64,000 nucleotides of DNA from contig NC_059455.1 of assembly GCF_905237065.1 (NCBI RefSeq), positions 34,224,034 to 34,288,033 of the forward strand, read 5' to 3'. Shown piece after piece: positions 34,985 to 46,499 of this stretch. The DNA comes from Salmo salar. Lineage: Eukaryota. Position 1 is the first letter of the stretch; the number at the start of each line of letters is the position of its first letter. The position numbers and the translations under genes are program-made. Under the pieces are notes generated by a model. It did not search any database. It was not told the DNA's origin and saw only the letters and a list, made by a program, of their open reading frames with translations.

Positions 34985-35190
34985 CTCCCGAGTGGCGCAG
35001 CGGTCTAAGGCACTGCAGTCCCTGGTTCGAATCCAGGCTGCATCACATCCGCCCGTGATTGGGAGTCCCATAGGGCGGCGCACAATTGGCCCAGTGTCAT
35101 CCGAGTTTGGCCGGGGTAGGCCGTCATTGTAAATAATAATTAGTTCTTAAGGGATTGCCTAGTTAAATAAAGGTTAAATATTTTATTATT
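34985..35190 (+). mobile_element. SINE (head plus LINE-derived tail, internally deleted) in vangl2 intron 5
   Basis: 'cccgagtggcgcagcggtctaaggcactgcagtccctggttcgaatccaggctgcatcacatccgcccgtgattgggagtcccatagggcggcgcacaattggcccagtgtcatccgagtttggccggggtaggccgtcattgtaaataataattagttcttaagggattgcctagttaaataaaggttaaata'. Confidence 0.8.
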
Positions 35191-35422
35191 ATATATCTTT
35201 TTTTTTAAATCATGATACAGGAGAGCTTAATGGATAGTGTCATCAGTCATCATTACTGTGCCTGAAATGCACTATGAAAGGGACTGGTCATTCTCTAGCA
35301 ACGTACATAACAAAATTCACTGAACACAAACAGAATAGGGACATTAACAGGGTTTGTCCCCCTGTAATCACTTAAAAGTATATTATACAAATGTATAGAA
35401 AACAGGATGTTGTCCGTCTTAC

Positions 35423-35558
35423 CTGGCCTTCCGCTTGCGGCACCTGCGGTCCAGCTCGGCCTCCTCGTAGTAATACTCACTGTGAGAGTTGTCTCTCCTG
35501 CGGGCTGCAGCAGCAATCATGGCCCGGGACTGACTGTTGGTGTTATTGGTGCTGTTCT
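35423..35558 (-). CDS. vangl2: vangl2 exon 5 ([46 protein letters not shown])
   Basis: Acceptor 'ccacag|AG', donor 'GCCAG|gtaaga'. Matches human '[46 protein letters not shown]'. Confidence 0.9.
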
Positions 35559-35693
35559 CTGTGGATCAAAACATATACATCAGTCAGTGGATGGATGGAT
35601 GAATGGAGTGAGGTAAGGGTTGGTTAGTTGGTGGATGAATGGATGGATAGAGGGATGAGGTAGAGAAAGTAAGTAGTCTATAATGCTATTTAC

Positions 35694-35827
35694 CATCCAG
35701 AGAGTAGACTTTGAATCCAGACATCTTCTTGGAGAGGATAGACTTGGGCAGGTTGAGCAGGGCAGGGTTGTAGACAGGGAAGTCCCTGTAGTACTGATCC
35801 AGCACCCACACTGCTGCCCTCTGGACA
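35694..35827 (-). CDS. vangl2: vangl2 exon 4 (SVQRAAVWVLDQYYRDFPVYNPALLNLPKSILSKKMSGFKVYSLD)
   Basis: Acceptor 'tgttccag|T', donor 'GATG|gtaaat'. Matches human 'SIQRVAVWILEKYYHDFPVYNPALLNLPKSVLAKKVSGFKVYSLGE'. Confidence 0.9.
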
Positions 35828-36599
35828 CTGGAACACACAGACACCAAGTATTTCTATTTACTTCGGATCTGGAATCCCTCAACTGAAGCTAGCCAGCTAA
35901 CTACCTACCAGCTATCAGTCAGCAAACCATTGCTAGCGGTCATCAGCTAACCTTTAGCTCGGAAAGCTCTCGCCAGTTCGAACAACGTGACTCAAACCAG
36001 AGCATAACGGACCTATTATGATTTGTTTTTTTAATTTCCGATATCCCCGGATTCCTATCGTGCCCAGAAACCTGCTCCTTTTACTCTCTGTTCCAAACGT
36101 GCTAGACGGCCAGTTCGTATAGCCTTTAGCCGTACCCTTATCCTACTTCTCCTCTGGTGATGTGGAGGTTAGTCCAGGTCCTGCTGTGCCTAGCTCAACT
36201 CCCACTCCCCAGGTGCTCTCATTTGTTGACTTCTGTAACCGTAAAAGCCTTGGTTTCATGCATGTTAACATTAGAAGCCTACTCCCTAAATTTGTTTTAC
36301 TCACTGCCAAAGGGGGCAGTGTTGCAATCTACTGCAAAGACAGTAATATAGAACTCTGCAGGCTTTCCAAGTCTGTACCCAAACAATTCGAGCTTCTACT
36401 TCAAAAAATTCATCTTCCAGAAAGTTTGTCACTGTTGCCGCTTGCTATAGACCTCCCTCTGCTCCCAGCTGTGCCCTCGATACCATATGTGAATTGCTTG
36501 CCCCCCCATCTATCTTCTGAGCTCGTGCTACTAGGTGACCTAAACTGGGACATGTTTAACCTCTTTGGGCTGGGGGGGCAGTATTTTCACATTCAGATG

Positions 36600-39440
36600 A
36601 AAAGCGTGCCCAGAGTAAACTGCCTGCTACTCAAGCCCAGAAGCTAAGATATGCATATTATTAGTAGATTTGGATAGAAAACACTCAACTTTCTAAAACT
36701 GTTTGAATGATGTCTGTGAGTGTTACAGAACTCATATGGCAGGCAAAAACCTGAGAAAAATCCAACCAGGAAGTGGGAAATCGGAGGTTTGTAGTTTTTC
36801 AAGTAATTGCCTATCCAATATACAGTATAAATTTGGTCAGATTGCACTTCCTAAGGCTACACACTAGATGTCAAGTCTTTAGAAGTTGTTTCAGGCTTCA
36901 ACTGTGAAAGGAAAGCGAAAAAGAGCACTCTAAGCAGATGGCCCAGGTGAAAGCCTTTAGTTTAGTGACGCTCACGGCCGTGAGCACGAGCTCCGTTCCC
37001 TTTCATTTCTAAAGGCAAAGGAATTGTCCGGTTGGAATATTATTGAAGATTTATGATAAAAACATCCTAAAGATTGATTCTATACATTGTTTGACATGTT
37101 TCTACAAACTGTAATGGAACTTTTTTGACTTTTCGTCTGAACCTAGTGCCTTGTGCATTTGGAATAGTGAACTAAACGCGCGAACAAAAAGGAGGTATTT
37201 GGACATAAAGATTAACTTTATCGAACAAAACAAACATTTATTGTGGAACTGGGATTCCTGGGAGTGCATTCCGATGAAGATCATCAAAGGTAAGTGAATA
37301 TTTATAACACTATTTCTGACTTTTGTTGACTCCACAACATGGCGGGTATCTGTATGGCTTGTTTTGGTGGCTGAGCGCTGTACTCAGATTATCGCATGGT
37401 GTGCTTTCACCGTAAAGTTTTTTTGAAATCTGACACAGCGGTTGCATTAACCTCTCTGGGCTAGGTGGGACGCCCACCTACTCAACAGCCAGTGTAATCA
37501 CGTGGCGCGTTATTCAAATACCTCAAAAACGCAAAAACTTCAATTTTTCAAACATATGACTAATTTACACCATTTTAAAGACAAGACTCTCGTTAATCTA
37601 ACCACACTGTCCGATTTCAAAAAGGCTTTACAATGAAAGCAAAACATTAGATTATGTCAGCAGACTACCCAGCCAGAAATAATCAGACACCCATTTTTCA
37701 AGCTAGCATATGTCACATAAACCCAAACCACAGCTAAATGCAGCACTAACCTTTGATGATCTTCATCAGATGACAACCCTAGGACATTATGTTATACAAT
37801 ACATGCATGTTTTGTTCAATCAAGTTCATATTTATATCAAAAACCAGCTTTTTACATTAGCATGTGACTAGCATTCCCACCGAACACTGCCGGTGAATTT
37901 ACTAAATTACTCACGATAAACGTTCACAAAAAACATAAAAATTCTTTTAAGAATTATAGATACAGAACTCCTCTATGCACTCGCTATGTCCGATTTTAAA
38001 ATAGCTTTTCAGTGAAAGCACATTTTGCAATATTCTCAGTAGATAGCCCGGCATCACAGGGCTAGCTATTTAGACACCCAGCAAGTTTAGCACTCACCAA
38101 AGTCAGATTTACTATAAGAAAAATGTTATTACCTTTGCTGTTCTTCGTCAGAATGCACTCCCAGGACTTCTACTTCAATAACAAATGTTGGTTTGGTCCC
38201 AAATAATCCATTGTTATATCCAAATAGCGGCGTTTTGTTCGTGCGTTCAAGACACTATCCGAAAGGGTAAATAAGGGTGACGAGCATGGCGCATTTCGTG
38301 ACAAAAAATGTCGAAATATTCCATTACCGTACTTCGAAGCATGTCAACCGCTGTTTAAAACCAATTTTTATGCAATTTTTCTCGTAAAAAAGCGATAATA
38401 TTCCGACCGGGAAAGCGTGTATACGTACAAAGAGAGAGAAAATAAAAACATCTCGTGCCCTCGTGCACGAGCCTGAGTCTCAGAGTACTCTGATCGGCCA
38501 CTATCCAAACGCGATAATGTTTTTCAGCCTGGGGCTGCCTCGATATCATTCAGCTTTTTCCCGGGCTCTGAGAGCCTATGGGAGCCGTAGGAAGTGTCAC
38601 GTTACAGCAAAGATCCCCAGTCTTCAATAAAAAGAGCCAAGATGAACAACAACTTGTCAGACAGGCCACTTCCTGTTCAGAATCCTCTCAGGTTTTTGCC
38701 TGCCATATGAGTTCTGTTATACTCACAGACACCATTCAAACAGTTTTAGAAACTTTAGGGTGTTTTCTATCCAAAGCCAATAATTATATGCATATTCTAG
38801 TTACTGGGCAGGAGTAGTAACCAGATTAAATCGGGTACGTTTTTTATCCGGCCGTGTCAATACTGCCCCCTAGCCCTAACAGGTTAAGGAGAAGTTTATC
38901 TATAATCCTATGCATAACATTTGTATCTTTCATCAAAGTTTATGATGAGTATTTCTGTGGCTCTCTGCAAAATCACCGGATGTTTTGTAGGCAAAACATT
39001 ACTGAACATAACGCGCCAATGTAAACTGAGATTTTTGGATATAAATATGAACTTTATCGAAATTTGATTTGATTTGATCGAACAAAACATACATGTATTG
39101 TGTAACATGAAGTCCTATGAGTGCCATCTGATGAAGATAATCAAAGGTTAGTGATACATTTTATCTCTATTTCTGCTTTTTGTGACTCCTCTCTTTGGCT
39201 GGAAAATGGCTGTATATTTCTTTGTGACTAGGTGCTGACCTAACATAATCGTATGGTATGCTTTCGCCGTAAAGCCTTTTTGAAATCAGACACTGTGGCT
39301 GGATTAACAAGAAGTTAATCTTTAAAATGGTACATAATACTTGTATGTTTGAGGAATTTTAATTATGAGATTTCTGTTTTGAATTTGGCGCCCTGCAATT
39401 TCACTGGCTGTTGTCGAGGTGGGACGCTAGCGTCCAACAT
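36600..39440. mobile_element. Cluster of a non-autonomous DNA element with terminal inverted repeats, flanked by a TTAAC duplication (piggyBac-like), inserted into the LINE. Internally arranged as a direct copy (36650-37455), an inverted copy (37500-38880) and a partial direct copy (38885-39440).
   Basis: The LINE ORF is contiguous across the insertion ('...LLGDLNWDM' | 'NTPAILQS...'). The left junction is 'gggacatgTTTAAC|CTCTTTGGGCTGGGGGGGCAGTATT'. The right junction is 'GGGACGCTAGCGTCCAACATATCCCAGAGAGG|TTTTAACacccc'. The termini are mutually inverted (CCTCT.TGGG...CCCAGAGAGG). The same terminus recurs at 37455 'ttaac|cctctctgggctaggtgggacgc' and, inverted, at 38850 'gccctaacag|gttaa'. Confidence 0.55.
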
Positions 39441-40056
39441 ATCCCAGAGAGGTTTTAACACCCCGGCCATCCTACAATCTAAGCTTGATGCCCTCAATCT
39501 CACACAAATTATCAATGAACCTACCAGGTACAACCCCAAATCCATAAACACGGGCACCCTAATAGATGTCATCCTAACTAACTCGCCCTCCAAATACACC
39601 TCTGCTGTTTTCAATCAAGATCTCAGCAATCACTGCCTCATTGCCTGCATCCGTAATGGGTCTGCGACCAAACGACCACCCCTCATCACTGTCAAACGCT
39701 CCCTAAAACACTTCTGCGGGTGACACTCTAGACCCAAACTGCTACAGACCTATATCTATCCTACCCTGTCTTTCTAAGGTCTTCGAAAGCCAAGTTAACA
39801 AAGAGATTACGGACCATTTCGAATCCCACCGTACCTTCTCCGCTATGCAATCTGGTTTCAGAGCTGGTCATGGGTGCACCTCAGCCACGCTCAAGGTCCT
39901 AAACGACATCATAACCGTCATCGATAAGAGACATTACTGTGCAGCCGTATTCATCAACCTGGCCAAGGCTTTCGACTCTGTCAATCACCACATTCTTATT
40001 GGCAGACTCGACAGCCTTGGTTTCTCAAATGATTGCTTCGCCCGGTTTCCCAACTA

Positions 40057-41623
40057 TACTGCTCAAAAAAATAAAGGGAACACTTAAACAACACAATGTA
40101 ACTCCAAGTCAATCACACTTTTGTTAAATCAAACTGTCCACTTAGGAAGCAACACTGATTGACAATAAATTTCACATGTTGTTGTGCAAATGGAATAGAC
40201 AACAGGTGGAAATTATAGGCAATTAGCAAGACACCCCCAATAAAGGAGTGGTTCTGCAGGTGGGGACCACTTCTCAGTTCCTATGCTTCCTGGCTGATGT
40301 TTTGGTCACTTTTGAATGCTGGCGGTGCTTTCACTCTAGTGGTAGCATGAGACGGAGTCTACAACCCACACAAGTGGCTCAGGTAGTGCAGCTCATCCAG
40401 GATTGCACATCAATGCGAGCTGTGGCAAGAAGGTTTGCTGTGTCTGTCAGCGTAGTGTCCAGAGCATGGAGGGTGCTACCAGGAGACAGGCCAGTACATC
40501 AGGAGACGTGGAGGAGGCCGTAGGAGGGCAACAACCCAGCAGAAGGACCGCTACCTCCGCCTTTGTGCAAGGAGGAGCAGGAGGAGCACTGCCAGAGCCC
40601 TGCAAAATGACCTCCAGTAGGCCACAAATGTGCATGTGTCTGCTCAAACAGTCAGAAACAGACTCCATGAGGGTGGTATGAGGGCCCGACGTCCACAGGT
40701 GGGGGTTGTGCTTACAGCCCAACACCGTGCAGGACGTTTGGCATTTGCCAGAGAACACCAAGATTGGCAAATTCGCCACTGGCACCCTGTGCTCTTCACA
40801 GATGAAAGCAGGTTCACACTGAGCACGTGACAGACGTGACAGAGTCTGGAGACGCCGTGGAGAACGTTCTGCTGCCTGCAACATCCTCCAGCATGACCGG
40901 TTTGGCGGTGGGTCAGTCATGGTGTGGGGTGGCATTTCTTTGGGGGGCCGCACAGCCCTCCATGTGCTCGCCAGAGGTAGCCTGACTGCCATTAGGTACC
41001 GAGATGAGATCCTCAGACCCCTTGTGAGACCATATGCTGGTGCGGTTGGCCCTGGGTTCCTCCTAATGCAAGACAATGCTAGACCTCATGTGGCTGGAGT
41101 GTGTCATCAGTTCCTGCAAGAGGAAGGCATTGATGCTATGGACTGGCCCGCCCGTTCCCCAGACCTGAATCCAATTGAGCACATCTGGGACATCATGTCT
41201 CACTCCATCCACCAACGCCACGTTGCACCACAGACTGTCCAGGAGTTGGCGGATGCTTTAGTCCAGGTCTGGGAGGAGATCCCTCAGGAGACCATCCGCC
41301 ACCTCATCAGGAACATGCCCAGGCGTTGTAGGGAGGTCATACAGGCACGTGGAGGCCACACACACTACTGAGCCTCATTTTGACTTGTTTTAAGGACATT
41401 ACATCAAAGTTGGATCAGCCTGTAGTGTGGTTTTCCACTTTAATTTTGAGTGTGACTCCAAATCCAGACCTCCATGGGTTGATAAATTGGATTTCCATTG
41501 ATTATTTTTGTGTGATTTTGTTGTCAGCACATTCAACTATGTAAAGAAAAAAGTATTTAATAAGATTATTTCATTCATTCAGATCTAGGATGTGTTATTT
41601 TAGTGTTCCCTTTATTTTTTTGA
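40057..41623 (+). mobile_element. Near-complete Tc1-like transposon (transposase ORF with about two frameshifts) inserted into the LINE RT region with a TA target-site duplication
   Basis: Inverted repeats 'tactgctcaaaaaaataaagggaacac' and its reverse complement at 41597-41623. ORFs 40248..40523, 40630..40830 and 40919..41371(+) are transposase ('VWGGISLGGRTALHVL...[42 protein letters not shown]'). Host LINE sequence 'ccaacTA|cttctctgatagag' is split. Confidence 0.85.
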
Positions 41624-41876
41624 GCAGTGTACTTCTCTGATAGAGTTCAGTGTGTCAAATCGGAGGGCCTGTTGTCCGGACCTCTGGCAGTCTCTATGGG
41701 TGTGCCACAGGGTTCAATTGTCGGGCCGACTCTCTTCTCTGTATACATCAATAATGTTGCTCTTGCTGCTGGTGATTCTCTGATCCACCTCTACGCAGAC
41801 GACACCATTCTGTATACTTCTGGCCCCTCTTTGGACACTGTGTTAACTAACCTCCAGACGAGCTTCAATGCCCGTG

Positions 41877-42012
41877 TGGCTCAGTTGGTAGAACATGGTG
41901 TTTGCAACGCCAGGGTTGTGGGTTCAATTCCCAGTACGGAGAAAAAATGTATGAAATGTATGCATTCACTACTGTAAGTCACTCTGGATAAGAGCGTCTG
42001 CTAAATGACTAA
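41877..42012 (+). mobile_element. SmaI-type tRNA-derived SINE inserted into the LINE RT
   Basis: 'gtggctcagttggtagaacatggtgtttgcaacgccagggttgtgggttcaattcccagtacggagaaaaaatgtatgaaatgtatgcattcactactgtaagtcactctggataagagcgtctgctaaatgactaaaatgtaaata' interrupts 'LQTSFNA|IQLSF' of the LINE relative to the copy at 51250. Confidence 0.8.
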
Positions 42013-43255
42013 AATGTAAATACAACTCTCCTTCCGTGGCCTCCAACTGCTCTTAAACGCAAGTAAAACTAAATGCATGCTATTCAATCGATCACTGCCC
42101 GCACCTGCTCGCCCGTCCAGCATCACTACTCTGGACGGTTCTGACTTAGAATACGTGGACAGCTATAAATACCTGGGTGTCTGGTTAGACTGTAAACTCT
42201 CCTTCCAGACTCACATTAAGCATCTCCAATCCAAAATTAAATCTAGAATCGGCTTCCTATATCACAACAAAGCATCCTTCACTCATGCTGCCAAACATAC
42301 CCTCATAAAACTGACCATCCTACCGATCCTCGACTTCGGTGATGTCATCTATAAAATAGCCTCCAACACTCTACTCAACAAACTGGATGCAGTCTATCAC
42401 AGCGCCATCCGTTTTGTCACCAAAGCCCTATACACGACCCACCATTGCGACCTGTACGCTCTCGTTGGTTGTCCCTTGCTTCATATTCGTCGCCAAACCC
42501 ACTGGTTATCTACAAGTCTCTGCTAGGTAAAGCTCTGCCTTATCTCAGCTCACTGGTCACCATAGCAGCACGCGCTCCAGCAGGTATATCTCACTGGTCA
42601 CCCCCAAAGCCAATTCCTCCTTTGGTCGCCTTTCCTTCCAGTTCTCTGCTGCCAATGACTGGAACGAACTGCAAAAATCTCTGAAGCTGGAGACTCATAT
42701 CTCCCTCACTAGCTTTAAGCACCAACTGTCAGAGCAGCTCACAGATCACTGCACCTGTACATAGCCCATCTGTAAACAGCCCATCTACCTACCTACCTCA
42801 TCCCCATACTGTATTTATTTATCTTGCTCCTTTGCACCCCAGTATCTCTACTTGCCCATTCATCTTCTGCACAGCTACCATTCCAATGTTTAATTGCTAT
42901 ATTGTAATTACTTCGCCACCATGGCCTATTTATTGCCTTAACTTACCTCATTTGCACTCACTGTATATAGACTTTTTGTTTTCTTTTGTTCTACTGTATT
43001 ATTGACTGTATGTTTTGTCTATTCCATGTGTAACTCTGTGTTGTTGTATGTGTCACACTGCTTTGCTTTATCTTGGCCAGGTCGCAGTTGCAAATGAGAA
43101 CTTGTTCTCAACTAGCCTACCTGGTTAAATAAAGGTGAAATATATATATATATTTTTTTTTAAATGGTAAGATCCATCGTCATTATGATCTTTATCATTG
43201 TGTTAGTAATGATCATCCTCATCCTATGACACACTACAGTCACACACATACTGAC

Positions 43256-43863
43256 CTGAGGTGTCCCACATTGTAGAAGCGGCTAGCCCCGTCTGTGGTG
43301 CGCACCACCTTGAGGCAGAAGGCAGGCTGCAGTTGTCTGACCTCCAGTAGCACCAGGGCCAGGTACTGGATAAAGAGCAGCGCGTCCACCAGCGACGCCG
43401 CATACTCCACGATGCCTCTATAGTCCCTTTCCCGGGGCTCCAGCACACGCACGCCATAGAACAGCCAGTAGGACGCCACGAACAGGAACACCAGCACCAT
43501 GAGCAGGCAGCGGAAGACGAAGAAGCGGGGCAGGGTGGCGCGCGGAGGGCGCAGGAACAGTGCCCAGGAGGAGATGAGGAGCACCAGGAGCTTGAAGGCC
43601 AGAGAGACGTATAGACCCTCGCAGGGCGTGCCGCAGGGCTCCAGGGCCTCACGCCACAGCAGCTGGGGGAGGACCAGGAAGGCCAGGGGGGTGAACAGGG
43701 CGAACAGGCCCAGGCAGCCACCCAGCACAGGCCCCAGGAAGCGCTTGCATTCCAGGGGAGACGATTCCTCCAGCTCCTTGGAGACGCGCGTCAGGTCCTC
43801 GTTGGAAACGCTGTGTTCTGATGTGCCTGTGACCACAGTGGTGGTCTCACCCCAGTTGTCATC
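43256..43863 (-). CDS. vangl2: vangl2 exon 3 (large exon encoding all four transmembrane helices)
   Basis: ORF 43240..43836(-). Acceptor 'ctctgtag|GAT', donor 'CTCAG|gtcagt'. '[18 protein letters not shown]...[37 protein letters not shown]...[75 protein letters not shown]' matches human VANGL2 almost residue for residue. Confidence 0.9.
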
Positions 43864-44121
43864 CTACAGAGAGGAACAGAGACAGGAGATAGTGTAAACA
43901 TAGAGGAGAGATTGGAAAGGGGGCTTTAAAGAGATATGAGAGGATAGAGATGTTGAGATTTGGATGGGTAGGGAAGATGACTGGGGCCCTGAGGTTTTTC
44001 TGACCACATAACCTGATCTGAGTTTTTCCTGGTTAGGTCACATGGTCAGGAAAACCTCTGGCCCTATTATGAGATAAAGATTATGAGATGTAGAGGGGTT
44101 GGAGGAGGTTGTGATTCTGAC

Positions 44122-44245
44122 CCGGTCATCTCCGCGGGTGGATTCTGCATCTAGCAGTGGCTCCCCAGGGGCATGGACGGTCACAGACTTGTCTCCACGG
44201 CTGCTGCCGTCTCTGCTCTTGGAGCGATGCCTGTCCCTCCGATCC
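44122..44245 (-). CDS. vangl2: vangl2 exon 2 (RDRRDRHRSKSRDGSSRGDKSVTVHAPGEPLLDAESTRGDDR)
   Basis: ORF 44038..44271(-). Acceptor 'gtgctccag|G', donor 'CGG|gtcaga'. Matches human VANGL2 'RDRRDRHRSKSRDGSRGDKSVTIQAPGEPLLDNESTRGDER', which is diagnostic for Vangl2 rather than Vangl1. Confidence 0.9.
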
Positions 44246-44475
44246 CTGGAGCACAGAAACAGGACAACCACACAGTTATGTCAGCGTGTTAAGCCCATGT
44301 CATTGTGTGACCGAAGCCTGGGGGTACATGTGTGATCCGTGCGTGTGGTTGCTCATCAATGTGCCCATTGACTAATGGATCGATGTGTATTACACACATG
44401 CCTTTGATCTCTGTGTTTACAGTGTGCGTGCACGCTTGTGTGTTTTTGGGGCATTTGTGACCACCCTTCTGGTAC

Positions 44476-44546
44476 CTGTGCTTGCGGGAGCTGCGGGAGT
44501 GGGACGACTTGTAAGAGTAGCCCGAGTACTGTGACTCGTTGTCCAT
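44476..44546 (-). CDS. vangl2: vangl2 first coding exon (MDNESQYSGYSYKSSHSRSSRKH-R)
   Basis: ORF 44289..44738(-) contains 'MDNESQYSGYSYKSSHSRSSRKHR'. ATG at 44544-44546 on the complement strand. Donor 'CACAG|gtacca', phase 2, joining exon 2 as AG+G = Arg. Human: 'MDTESQYSGYSYKSGHSRSSRKHR'. Confidence 0.85.
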
Positions 44547-46499
44547 GTCGCGGGTCGGTGGGCAGGGTTTGCGGGCCCCTCCTCCCCCCGTGGCTTGTTC
44601 CCTGGCTCCGCCCAGCTGGCTCTTGCGCTCAGAGATGGACTTGGTGGACAGGGCCAGAGGCAGCTTCAGCAGGTCAACCTTACTCCTGAAGGAATCTATT
44701 TTGGAGGCCGGAGGACAGGGAGAGGTAGAAGAGCCCACCAGATAGAGGGAATCAGGGAAACGATGGACTAGAGAAAGGAGGGAAGGAGAAGAAAAGCTAG
44801 ACTAGACAGGGAGGGTAAAAAAATATGATGGTTGGGAGTATAGGAGGCGGGTGTTGAAGTGGACAGGTCCTGAAATAGAGGAGAGAAGGGTTAGAATTAG
44901 TGACAAAAACAAACTCCTATCCCTAAGCTGTGGTGTTTAAAACCAACCTGTTTCTTGGTATTTGACCCCGACTGTCTGCGCAACTCAAGACAACGTTTGC
45001 CAATTGAGCTAAAATATGTTAGCTCTAGAGGTAAAGATAAGCTTTCAGATCTCAAGGTTGATCTTCACGTGAGCGTAGTTCTACAGGCCATAAGACTGCA
45101 GTGAGATGAGGTCCTGGAAAGCCTACAGATCTGATACAATGGCAGCCACATTGGATTACTGTGTTTTCACAAACTTATTTGACCTCTCCCTCTTTCCCCA
45201 TCTCACATTCCCTCTTAGTCTCCCTTGGTCCCCTGGGTAACAGGGCCTCTCCGCTGCCATGGTAATGAAAGAGGGTGTTCAGCTGGAGGGGATTTGAGGT
45301 TGACAGTTTCCATGGGAACCTGACCTTACACCACCCTCTCATACCCTGAGGAAAATGCCCCATAAATACAAGTGTTTGTGTGACTGTCTTGTCACATGCT
45401 TAATTGATATGGGCACTATGTTAATTGTATGGGCTCACCAAGTTAATTGGAGATCTTGATGTTAATTGGAGAGCTTGATTTGTCACATGTGGGGCGACAG
45501 TCAGTCATAGCCTTGCAAGGCATTAAATTAAACACTACCAAAATACCATTATATTCTCAAGTACCCTCCTTCCATAAAAAAATGTAAAAGTATGTATGTG
45601 TCTGCTTGCACAAGTTGACATAAGCCTTGTCTTAGTAGAGTGCCCCAATGTTTATGCTAATAAACTCAGCCTTTGTACACACCTATAAAAACATATGAGC
45701 CCCAGAGCATGTGCTGAACTTCAGCTCCCATCGAATGCTGAAAAGAAACACAATCTATTAATCAGTCTCGGTGGAGGTGCTGTGTAAAGGATGTGGGGGA
45801 AAATGTATGCTTAATGTATAGGCATACTCCTGAAATTCGAGACAAGGTAGGCTATGCTAGATAGTGAGGAGCAGGGAGAAGACATGCTCATCCCAGCTTG
45901 CTGTTAGTATTCCCATGATCTGGACTTGATACCCCAAGGACAGACCAGGCTGTCTGCTTGATACTGGGGATATGATGAACACCTGATCCATCAAGGTGTG
46001 GTCTGCTGGAGAGATGTATAGACCTAGATAGAGTTTCCTTTCCCTATTCAACCCTGTGTGTCTTGTGACCCAGTTAATTAACTGTGCGGGTGGTGGTGAC
46101 TCCTCACGTGACTAACGCCAACCTCACTCAACCACATCATCATGTCATAAAGGCTAACCAGAGCCATGTAATTAGAGAGTTGGGCCATTGAGGTTTCTGC
46201 ATTATGATGCATTAACATGGCACTCCAACATTCTGTGTCAGCCATGTTAGCGTCTTATTAACATAACATGTGGAATATTTAAATAATGCTATAACTGAAT
46301 GTCTAGAATTACAACAATATTTAAAAAAAAAAAATTAAATGGCCCAACTCTTTAAATACTCAGCTCTGAGGCCAACCATACCGTAGCAATCTAAACAAAC
46401 ATAGAAGGCTGTCAGATTCACCTGCCTGTGCTTGTATAAAATCCATACACAAGCAAGCCCAGTACCAAATCAACCGAATTCACTTTTAGCAGCATAATC

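Larger units (their letters stand above)
35880..43150 (+). mobile_element. RSg-1/L2-like LINE (endonuclease plus RT) occupying most of vangl2 intron 3. Interrupted by a 2.85-kb piggyBac-like cluster, a Tc1 element and a SINE, and carrying internal deletions.
   Basis: ORF 36162..36647(+) is the endonuclease region ('GFMHVNIRSLLPKFVLL...VLLGDLNWDM'). It resumes at 39440 ('NTPAILQSKLDALNLTQIINEPTRYNPKSINTGTLIDVILTNSPSKYTSAVFNQDLSNHCLIACIRNGSATKRPPLITVKRSLKHF'). RT at 41627..42526(+) ('YADDTILY', 'YKYLGVWLDCKLSFQTHIKHLQSKIKSRIGFLY'). The tail is 'ccaggtcgcagttgcaaatgagaacttgttctcaactagcctacctggttaaataaaggtgaaatatatatatat'. Colinear with the cleaner copy at 49735-52435. Confidence 0.75.

Noticed and set aside
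43224-43897. ORFs 43224..43721(-) (165 aa, Cys/Ser/Pro-rich) and 43499..43897(+) overlapping the vangl2 TM exon
   Set aside because: Alternative-frame and antisense readings of the GC-rich vangl2 exon 3. The in-frame reading (43240..43836 -) matches VANGL2 almost residue for residue.
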